Shown here in pieces: positions 1-11,058 of a stretch of DNA of 64,000 nt. This DNA comes from Trichoplax adhaerens (Eukaryota > Animalia > Placozoa). The translations under genes were made by a program, and so were the position numbers. Within the stretch, counting starts at the first letter, position 1; the number at the start of each line of letters is the position of its first letter. The notes below the pieces were generated by a model that saw nothing but the letters and a program-made list of their open reading frames with translations, made no database searches and was not told the origin of the DNA. Location: assembly GCF_000150275.1 (NCBI RefSeq), contig NW_002060948.1, positions 1,697,983-1,761,982 of the forward strand, read 5' to 3'.

Positions 1-1252
1 TAAATTTCAATACAGAAAGTAGGTACTAGGTTGCACTCTGGAGTATTGATATTGTCAAGAATCGTCTAGATGCATATAGGATAATCCGTCACCCGTTATC
101 TAAAAGTCTTCAATGCATCTCTTTCTAGGCGAAATATTGCTAACGTATCTTCTGACTTCCTAAAGTCGTGCCGTTATAGCCCTAATAATGCTATGAGTAA
201 GCTCTGTCCAATATTTACCATTGACTCCATCGTTAATGCTACTGGCGAATCTTTTAATCCGATCGCTTACCTGGTAATTTTTATTTAGTATTTGCTTTAA
301 ACCGTTATATATGAGAGATTTGTATAAAAATTGCATTTCATGTTTCCATTAAACAGGGGGGTGTCATCGCAATATTAATTCGATGGGATTGCGACTTAGA
401 CTTTGGCGATAGCAAGTGTCTACCTGAGTATACCTTTCAACGGTTTGTGTAATGTAAAATAAAATATGTTGCAGTGGTTAATCTTTCGTTACAACTTCTT
501 TGTTCTTTGCCGTTCTTGGTTTACAATTTAGGCTAGATAATCCGAACGTTACACTGTCACCCGGATATAATTTCAGGTTTTAATAAATTGATTGTCTATT
601 CCATGTCATATGTCTGATATTAACGCTTTTACAACTTTTTTTCATCAATTTCAAATTGATTCTTAGATTTCCCATTTACTATCAAATTGATAATACTCAG
701 CACAGAACTTTGACGAAAGCTTACGGAATACGCTTTATTTTTATTGTTTTTGGACAGGTTAACAATACTTTTAGTATATTACAACTATTGTTTCAAAATT
801 ACATCACTATATGCTAATTAATATATTGCCAGGCCGGGAAATTCAATATCGTGCCCCTGCTATTAAATCTTGGATCTGGTCTCGCACTGCTTTCTATTGT
901 TAGAATTAGTCATAGCATTATATAGTTAACGCGATTATAGCTTAATTTTTAGATACTGACTCAATGATCACTTCGTGTTTATAACCATATCTGATAATAA
1001 CTTGCTTTCTTTACATTTGTTATAGGCTACTGTCCTTTGTGATATCATAGTGCTATACTTTATTAGAGGCCGAATGTACTATTATGGACACAAGTACGAA
1101 GTTATAGAGGAAGCCGATGAAGAATCTGTAAGCTTTGCCTTGCTGAGATAATAATACATTATTATAATTCAACGGTGTAAATTTATTGCAGTTGAATATC
1201 TTAATTACTTCAGGAATCGTTTATACAACCCGTGGAAAACAAACGACTTTGA
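1..1252 (+). CDS. P2X purinoceptor (ATP-gated cation channel), 3' part; 5' end lies outside the window
   Basis: GT-AG exons 1-18, 129-273, 357-442, 532-576, 667-757, 833-898, 1026-1127, 1214-1252 splice in frame: KRNI..CRY..LCPIF..GGVIAILIRWDCDLD..CLPEYTFQRLD..SPGYNFRF..RTLTKAYGIRF..GQAGKFNIVPLLLNLGSGLALL..LCDIIVLY..YYGHKYE..NKRL*. Contains the P2X hallmarks GYNFR, KAYG, TM2 and the C-terminal YxxxK motif. Confidence 0.95.
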
Positions 1253-3236
1253 CTTTACTCTACTAAAGTCAATTATTATCATACAAATATTTCCGTACTA
1301 TACTTAGATATTGATTAAAAGAATTGGCAGATTCTTGAAAATTTTGTTAAGTCAAAATGAAATTTAATTTACTATATGATGTAATTTCTTATTTTGTTAT
1401 GTAGTAGTTTATCTCATCGAATTAATATTTTATCTATATACTCCTTTCAAGGTATTATAAATATCTTGTGCCAAATTATAGAATATATTTCAAACTGTAC
1501 TTTTATCTATAAATACATATACGGTACATTGCTTGTAGAATTAAGCGGATTTTGATTGCAAAACATTGTATAAATTGCTGTATTAATGCTTTGATACTTA
1601 TGCACTAACCCTTCTATGTACAAATATACATAATTGTTACAATTACTTTTAAAAACTAGTTATGCTTGTTACAAATGCTTTGCTAATATGCATAATGCAT
1701 TATAGATATTGCCTAAATAGTGCAATATTAACTATCTGCATATAAATTTTACGCTAATACATGACAGTTGCTGAACTTACATAGCTGTATTAAATGAAAT
1801 ACCTAGTCGCTTTAGAGCATAGAGACTACTAACGACTGTCTGGAATCGTTAACTATTAAATTACTAGCAATAGTAATACTATAATTTCAAAACGAATTAA
1901 ATTTAATTTGTAGTCCTGCGCTTAATGCTTTGAGTAGGCGTTGACCTATTTGGCTAGTAACTGACTAGTGTGCTGCTAACAAATGCTACCGCTACACCCC
2001 ATGCTAAACTAGCAATTTCATGCAATTGAAATGTGCTTCTAGATGCATAAAGTGTTATAAAATTGATTCATAATAGTATAGTACGTTTATAGCGATATCT
2101 ACACTGCGCAAATAGATACATACTTGTATTATAGGCAATGAAACTGTACAGATTAGACTAGCTAATATCGATCTCATTTATTCTACTCTACTTGTAGATT
2201 AATAACGCAGATAATATCGTTGTCAGTTAGAAAATCTATGGGATGGCGAGGCAAGCTACTTAAATAATAATTTGGATTGTTAGCAAAAAAGGTCAAAAAA
2301 ATTATTAGGCCACAATTATTTAGTATTAAGGTATTAAAAATAGTTATAATCCTGCTATACTACCGTGAATTCATGATCAAATGTTGTTGTTCTTTATATT
2401 CCTGTATCATAAGTGATCGTGAATTGAATATGATCAAGGAATATAATTATACTTTCAATGATGCATTTAGCAGCGATTCTAATATTGTAGATATCTAGAT
2501 GTGATGGAGTATGTACACATTGATATTCTCTACTTTCTTACTGTAAAAGTCACTAACAGATTACGGGATACAGTTTCGACTTCGAGTAACAATTATACAT
2601 GTAGAAGTAAATTATATTTTCGACAACATTTCCATGTTTACAAATGTAGGCCATAACCTAGTAACGTACTAGCAATGTTGAACTAAGTATCTTAATAATT
2701 AATTATTATCTAAAATAGCTAAGAATGTGAAACACATATTGTGTTTAAGCTGAACATACTGTATGTATCAAAAATTGTATTTCTTTTTCGTTTATTGATC
2801 AAATACTGTGTCATTGATTAACACTGTGTCAAATTATTCTGAATAGTCACCTACATTATAAAGAAACTAACAATATTCTTTAATGATTATAATAATGAAT
2901 AATAGCATAGGCCATATAGTATGAAGAAACACTACTGTAATTATGAAGCATTATATAATACAGAGCCAGATTTATAATAAATATCCAATATCAAACTATA
3001 TAGTGCTTCTACATATTTGATACAGATTCATAGGTATGCTCGATGATGACGATTAAAAGATTTTCAGTATGACAGTAACATAGAATGATTTCATAAAGAA
3101 GTAATGCTGATATGGCTAATTGATTCGATGTTAATTTAATGTTTGCATTTTATAAATGCGTTTACAAAGAACTATTACGTTGTTTGAATGCTAAATCCCT
3201 AGAAATAGAGCGGCGTTAGCCAATCTTCAGCAATGA

Positions 3237-6200
3237 CTAGCTTGTTGCATTATCCTCTTCACCAGCTGTCAATTTTTCTAGTAATATTTGAAGAAACTCT
3301 GATCCATCGCCATTAAAGTCTTTCAATAGAGCAGACAGATGATCTAATAGGAGAGTGCAGTTCATTACTATCACTAAAAGTCATTATTAATTAATTTACT
3401 TGTAAATTAACTTTTTCAGTACACTAAAACTTTACTTTCATAAATTCTTAAGTAATTTAATTATAGATCAATACAGATTTACAAAGTTTGATATAGCTGT
3501 ACCTGTAAACTTCTTTTTGTATTCTTGAAATTTCGTGGAATCGTTTACGTCAGGCGCCTAGCCAATTATATTTCGAAAATAGAACAGTTGGTCATAAATT
3601 TTGCAAACAATTATATCTTTCTAATATCGTAGAGTATTCTAACATGTTAATTTTATACCTGCCGCTGCGAAATTTCCGATGGATAATCCTTCAAAAATTG
3701 AGCTAATCTATCTTCCAGGCCTGATAATTGAGTTCGGACGTATGATATATCAGTTTCTTTCATTAACGATGCAATATGACAGATTGATACATATATCTAC
3801 AAAATAAAAGAATTGAATTGGTTATTGTAAAAATAAATTAAAAGGACATGATAATGTCCGCAATGATTTAAATGCATAGCTACCTGATCCTTAAGATTAT
3901 TGAGGTGTCTATATTCATTGAAATCTGTTGTCACAGCACTACTACTCAAGCAGACAACATAACTTTTCCATATACTAGCATAAAGTGCTGGGTCTCCATA
4001 GCATCTTCGATCGGAAGCAGATGACAACGCTTGCGCGGCAGTGATACGAACCTATTAATATTACAGAATATCCAGAATCATAAATATTTGATCGTAGTAC
4101 GGACAAGTAAAAATTTAGATTTCACGAGATATCTGAAACATAAGTTCCTACTTTAAAGTTCTTGCAAGTTTCGATAGCAAACATCAACGTGTTAAATACC
4201 GATGTCTAGAGAAGAATGAAAATTGCTCAGCATCAGTATTGTCTAAACATACGCTTATAATAAACTTCAGAAAATCCATATACCGTCCACTTAATAGCTC
4301 CTACAGCAATTGCGGTATTTTGAAACATCTTTCCTAACGCGCTACAAGCATTCCATCTCACCTTATTATGAGAATTTGTGGAGAAAATTTATTACATACA
4401 ACGACGAGAACGTACTGAAATAGCAGATTACATTGGACAATAAACAACTTCTGCACCTTCATCATCCCGGATCCAACACTTTTACTTAAAAGAGCCATGG
4501 ACTTGCTGATGTAGTCTTGAAACTCTTCCTTCTCTATTGGCCGATCATTTAGATAATAAGATTAAACGAATTCATCTTATATACAAAGCATATTAACTGC
4601 TGTACTTACCGAGATGATTACTTGATAGGAACTGCAGCATATTTCCCAAAGCACGCATTATGTTAAACTTAATCTGAGAAGGTGAATAAAAGTATTATAA
4701 ATTTAATACATCTGTTTATGTAAACCCGTAGTGTAACCTATCTGTCTTACAAGAAAGTTTAAAAATGGTAATATCCTATTAATTTACCTTATCATTGTCA
4801 TCTGTAGCTTTTAGAATTACTGCGTAAATTCTCGATATAAGCTTCATAGAAAAGTTTTCATGATACTGTGATCTGTATACGTAGTAAATAACAAGCTAAA
4901 GTCTGAATCTTGCTAAATCCTACATATAGAATTTTCAAAATAGCTACCTATTTACTACCATCGCATCAATTACATTAGCAAGAGACCATGCAGCCTTTAC
5001 TCGAACATTTAGCTGACTATTTTCAATAGCATTTAGTATTTCAATTACGCAATCAGCAGTAAATGAGGTGTCCTAAGTGTGTGAGTTAAGGGACAATAGT
5101 AAGCATTGAGACAAGTTAGATATCTACTTTGATGCTAAAAAATTAAAAATAATACTCACATCGCGTAGCATTGGGTACATCGTAAAAACCCCTACACATC
5201 GTACCGCTGAAGCCTTGAAATGATCAAAGTGATTCAATCTTAAAAACTATTAACTTTTTTGCTCTTTGTTAAAACTGAATTCATAAAATATTATTTGTTT
5301 ATGCTAGATTTAAAAATGAAAGTTCACCTTAACGAAAGGGTTCTCATCTTTACAGAGCGTGAGTAATGTAGTCATACAGAAAATTCTTAATGTCATCTAC
5401 AAAAGGAGATTATGACGTTAAATAATAATACCATCTATTTAATTTTACGGCATAAAAACATGATATGCTATACAAATTCTTTATTCTCGTAATAGTCTAT
5501 AGTTTTATCTTACTGGTAATTCCTGAAATACTTCAGCTCCAATCATAGATAAACAATCACAACCTGCAGCACGGATCGTGCTGTTAACACTGGGTTGTGA
5601 GAGATTTTGCAACACATCAGACAAGAGATATTTCCAGTAATTAACCGCTTCAAGCAAATATGCTTCCTTATTATTTGCGTCCGCTTCAGCAATGTTCCGT
5701 TGCCTAATACGAGCAATTTCTTCCAGCAGTTTAACAGCATACAATGTAATCTTACGATCACCATCAGCCATGCAATCAGAGGCAATGTTTTTAAGGTCAT
5801 GTAATGATTTCCGTACGATTTGAGGATAATTAGCAGCAAACACAATTAAGACTTGCAGTGCATCCTCTGCTATCGGCGACTGCAGTGATAAACTGTTCAT
5901 ACTATCATCTAAATTCGTAACTTGCTTAGACTCATATAACAGATTACTGCATAACTTTATAAGCCATGGCGAGTGATTTGATAACGGATGAGCATTATCT
6001 ATAGGTTTAAAGTTATAGCCAGGATACACTGATGCAGAAAGCAATTGTTGCATTTCTGATGATGGTCCTTCAGTTGAAATAACTGATGTAAGACAGGCTA
6101 GAAATGCTACTCGAATGTTGTGATCTTTTTTATACATATAATGTAAGATACTATCGATTATCTTGGATAAGAAACCTTCCTGCAATCTATTGTATGGAGT

Positions 6201-9200
6201 ATTTGTAACAACAACGGCTAGACATTTAAGAATTTGAAGTATTAATTGATTGGAATTTGCTTGTTGTAAAGATTTAATTAAAGAGCGATGTACTTCATGT
6301 AGCATAGATGCTAAAGTAAAGGAAAACGAGATAAAAGGTCCATTCGATTTATCCTTGTAATTTGCAGCCGTTAGATAGGACTTTGAACCATCGAATAGAG
6401 CTGTTAGCAAGAATAGGCCACCCTGGCGACACTTTATTGAATTGTCCTTGGTAATACATGTGAAAATGCTTGGAGCTTTGCTTTCAGTACTATCAGGTAT
6501 GAAGTAATGCCAATAACCTAAAGATGTAGCTTTTCTACATCTTTTGAAAATAGTTTGTAAGCAGGATAAAGCACTAAGGCGGACTTTAGACATGGCTGAT
6601 TTTAGTTTTAATACTTGGCCACTTTCATTATCGGAATACTCCGATTCAGAAGTGACCAAAGATTTCATGGACAGACTTGTATTGAATCCATGAGCAGAAT
6701 CAGATGTTTTGAGAGCAATTCCTGCTGAATCGGTAGATAGTGGCGAAGAGATTGCGTCCATGGCGGCAGGATTGCTAGAAATTTTGTCGGTATTTTTACG
6801 AGGATATCTAGAACGTTTTTGAGATGATAGTGCACCGCTATCTTGCGCTTTTGTTGGAGATCCCCCTGTTTCAATGGTATCAATTGGGATTATTATTTAA
6901 ATAAAATGAGTATCTTAATTTTAGAGGATCATGATTATAGCTACAAAGTAAACTTTACCGTGAGTTAATAAGACCGAAGCTTGAGCTTGCGTTAAAGTCA
7001 CTTTCTCTATACCATGTAGCATGAATACCTTTTAAGTAAGGTTGGAAAAAAGGTGTAATACGTTGGTATTATATTTCTGACAATTTATTAAAATTTTTCA
7101 CAATTACCAGCAGTATTATTATAACAAAATAACAGGAAAAAGACATACCCGCAGAACAGAGATTAATGGATTTAACGAAATAGTGTCTAGATTATGAATT
7201 GCTGACAGTAGGTTTTGTAGAGATCGTAATGTGGAATTAAAATTCTGTAAAATGAAGATTAATCAATTTGTATGAATAGTCCAAAAACCTATTGGTGATT
7301 TCAAAGTGATTATTATGAAAATGATGTTCTAAATCAAACAGGAATAATCAATACCCGACATGCCCTTAGAGGGTCAGTAAAGTTTGTGTCTAAATATGTT
7401 TCCATTGTCTTTTGCAGTATCTCATAAGACATTTGATAATGTTTCAATTCCAATGATGCTGCTGCAGCTTTTACTGATCTTTAATTTATTATTGTAAAGA
7501 AAAAAATCTCGTTAAAATTATGTCATGGTGAGAATAATTTTAAAAATATAGATTAAAAGGGTTAAAGAATATGCCTTTACGCTGTAATAATATTAACAGA
7601 CTTACTTGAATGTAAGGTTGCCAACACATTGAATAGCTAATCGAGATATCTCGTCATTTTTCGATTGGGAGTAACGAGTTAGAATACCAATCGGTTGGGA
7701 TGTATTTAACATTTGGTTACAAAACTACACAAGATTGTAGAAAGTCGAAAACATTGGAATAGCTATTACCCTATCAATATTTCAAGTACTGTATATTAAT
7801 ACCGAGAATAAAGTGTCCATTACCTTTAAACAGTTTGCTCCTCTACCGTATAGAATGGCCCCTAGAGCTCTTAATGAATCAGTAACGGACCATTCATAAC
7901 ATGTATTAGAAAACTGAATCAGAAAGGTTAATAATTCATCGAGGGTCTTGTGATTTAACTTTACCTAACACACAAAATACAATTGATTATTCATACGTTA
8001 TCAATCAAGCATATAACAATACCAATAAGAGGAGAAAATGAAATGATTCAATCAACTTACATCCTGCTTATAAACAGCATTGTAGATATACTGACAAAAT
8101 TTGACTACCAAATGTTCATTTGATGAAGGAATCAAGCAGCAAGAATGGAGTAGCAATTGGTTGCATTCCTATAGACAATTAGGTAGAAAGTATTATTACT
8201 TTAAGGTTACTTCAGTCCATACGATAATCATTGTATCATTATTTAAATGTAATTATTATCTATCTAATTTTAGGCGTAGGGCAAATAAATGTTCAGACAA
8301 GCGGAAAATGGCTAAATGATGTCATGATTGACGTTTCATTTACGAGTATACTTCTGTCGCAAATGACTACACGAAATGATAGGGTCTGCGATAGTGATCT
8401 ATCTGTGGATCAATTCAATTAGACGGACCTACCAAATTTTACTCTCCTCTATCATATCCTATCTACTGTATATTACATTTATTGTCATCAAAATAGAGAG
8501 ATCTGGTAAAGAAGCTGTACTATACAAGACTTTAAGTTTTCAAACTATGTTTTATCATTATCAAATGAATGAATTTATAAAGCTAAATGAGAAGCTGCTT
8601 TACTGTACGCATCTAAATGCTTGACGTAAGTAATGTTTGTAAATCTGTATAGACCGTGTTTTGATGAAATCTTGCCTCAAGTAGTGTACCATGGCCATCT
8701 CAATAGTTGGACAGTCGTATTCAGTTGATAGTCAATTGAAGATTTTGCCTGTGTTTGAAGACTGCGATGTGCTGTTCTATTGACCTAAGGATTGATCTTG
8801 AAATTATTATTATGGAATGATGTTGCTTTGATTGAGTTGGAACACGACTGAATTTACTATAGCCTAATTTCTGCTTCATTCAATGCTTTCAACGTACAGA
8901 TATTTTATTTTCCCTTTAGGTTCGATTGAAATCGATACAATAAGAAACAGTAGGTAGAAGTATACCATGGCTATCTCAATAGTTGGACAGTCGTAGTCAG
9001 TTGATAGTCAATTGAAGATTTTGCCTCTATTTGAAGACTGCGATGTGCTGTTCTATTGACCTAAGGATTGATCCTGAAATTCTTATTGTGGAATGATGTT
9101 GCTTTGATTGAGTTGGAACATGACTGAATTTACTATAGCCTAATTTCTACTTCATTCAATGCTTTCAACGTACAGATATTTTATTTTCCAGTTAGGCTCG

Positions 9201-9503
9201 ATTGAAATCGATACAGTAAGAAACTGTATGTAGAATTAAAGACGGTAGTATCGAATTGCATTCATTACTTTCAAGGTGAATTATACTAGTAAATTGTTAG
9301 ATCAAAATTGTCATTGTCGATCGTGTTTATCCTAGTCATCATGAACAAACCCTTTCAGGAGGGAATTTTTCTCCACTGTAGGCCAAGGAATTAAGTCCAT
9401 CCAGGCTACTGTTGAACGTCTCTTCTAAGCGATAATCATCTCGACTTAACTGGATGATTCTATTATAATAAAATTGCCAATCGGGGACTTGTTGGCCGTC
9501 CAT
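3237..9503 (-). CDS. HEATR6: HEAT repeat-containing protein 6 (multi-exon)
   Basis: Exon 1 9503-9351 (MDGQQVPDWQFYY..FNSSLDGLNSLAYS), next exon ECNQLLLHSCCLIPSSNEHLVVKFCQ, a large exon 6865-5517 (SKVRLSALSCL..GYWHYFIPD..FISFSFTLASMLHEVHRSL..LKCLAVVVTNTPYNRL), and later exons with MKVRWNACSALGKMFQN and NFKVRITAAQALS, which are HEATR6/DUF4042 motifs. The last exon ends ..EEDNATS* at 3237; the 3' end is less certain. Confidence 0.88.
8683..9235. repeat. Two near-identical direct copies of a 276-bp unit in HEATR6 intron 1
   Basis: ATGGCCATCTCAATAGTTGGACAG at 8691 recurs as ATGGCTATCTCAATAGTTGGACAG at 8967; the copies are colinear with scattered substitutions. Confidence 0.95.
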
Positions 9504-11058
9504 GATTGCATTTTTGCCAAGATACAAGAGCTAGTTTGCGCAAGATCAGCTTCACCGGCCATCACGGACCGATTGCGGTTTGAATGTCCCAACGTTGATA
9601 CATAACCCTATGGAGTGTTCGATACAGGCGGGCGATACCATAGCAAACAGTGTCGTATTGATCCACGCTTCTGTCACCACTCCTGGTCGACGACCGTTGC
9701 CTCATCCATCTACAGTGTACAGTGTACAGTATTATGTACTGTCAATACGGAGCTGTGGTGACGGTGGAGTACTGTACAGTCGGACGGGCGGACATTGTGA
9801 TGGCTTCATTGCTGCTCTCAATTGAGATTGAATGGCAGAGTTGTGGTCCTGGCGTACTTCCTTCGGTAGGTAGAGGCTCGGTTCGGATTGATTTTTTTCA
9901 AAATAAATCAAGATCAACTGTAAATTGTATTTATTTTTTACCCAGTGCAGAGCCATGACTACCATGTCATCCATGTTGCAATGTTTTAGAATTACTGTAG
10001 TATCAAATTCACTTTGGAACTACACTCCTTCCTTAACACCATCGAAACTGGTGGAAATTCCACGGGATACGCGACATCATTTGAAGTAAATCATGGAGAA
10101 TCGCCATGAAGTTTATCCTTGGAGGATGATTTGTCTTCGTGTCAGTCTGTCTGTCGCTCATTTTGGTACCGTACGCAAAGGGGAGAAGTTACGGGTGACA
10201 GGACAGAAGGACATTGGCAGGACTCTGTCAGTGGGTACAGTATGCCTCCGTCGAAATGAATTGACTGATCATTCTTAAGACTGGACGATCCTTCTTGTAG
10301 GTGATCGAATTCTCAAGATTGACCGCAATGTTCCTAAATTAAGGACAAAATTTGTTCTTTGAAATGGTCGTAACATAGATACTGTGGAGAAAGAGACATC
10401 CCTGTCTGCTAATAAATCAAAGACTACCGGAAATCTTCCAGCCTCGACACTGAGTACAGTATGGAGTTTTACAGTACGATCCAAATCACTGCCCACTGGA
10501 CACGTGACCGTACACGTTACTCGTCCGATAGGATGGGCTGAACCAATCAGCCAATCAGATGTCACCGCTATTGTCTACAGTAAACAATCGTTTGAATTTG
10601 AATGAGTTCCAACTATCCCATCTACGTCACTAACAGACTCACACCATAAACTTACCAATCCAACCGGGTCGAAGCAAATCCATACTGTACTACAGACTCG
10701 CAGACACACACACGACACACCATAGCCAGCCACCGCTCAGGGTCATACTGGTACCAAAAGCTGTAACCTTTTACCCCTCCCCCCCCCCCACTAACCCTCA
10801 GGTCCTTGGGTGAATAGAAGCTAGTATGACTTGGTTGTAGCCCACCCCTGGTGGTCAAAATTTGGGGCCACGTTCAGGTACAAGTTGTCCTTGCTCTTGC
10901 CTAAACTAGTCGACTAGAGAATCCCTTGATTGCCATTTTACTTTTCTCATCGCTAAATTACTGGATAGAATAGTTCATACTTTCCATCAGCTAGTGGTGA
11001 AGATCGTGAGAATTGCTGTTTTCAACTTGTTATCAAGTCATCCATACGATAGATCAAA
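9504..11058. promoter_or_regulatory. Divergent (bidirectional) promoter/5'UTR region between HEATR6 and AACS
   Basis: Head-to-head ATGs at 9503(-) and 11059(+); locally higher GC; CACGTG at 10501, CCAAT at 10543 and 10551, TTTGAA twice at 10591-10602, poly-C tract at about 10774-10789. Confidence 0.6.

Noticed and set aside
10791-10798. CTAACCCT as a telomerase RNA template
   Set aside because: The same 8-mer also occurs at about 1605; no pseudoknot, CR4/5 or H/ACA was recognisable, and a full-length RNA would overlap AACS exon 1.
9580-10858. Short ORFs in the HEATR6/AACS interval
   Set aside because: Overlapping 60-96-aa ORFs with no recognisable motifs, many with non-ATG starts; explained by locally higher GC in promoter/UTR DNA.
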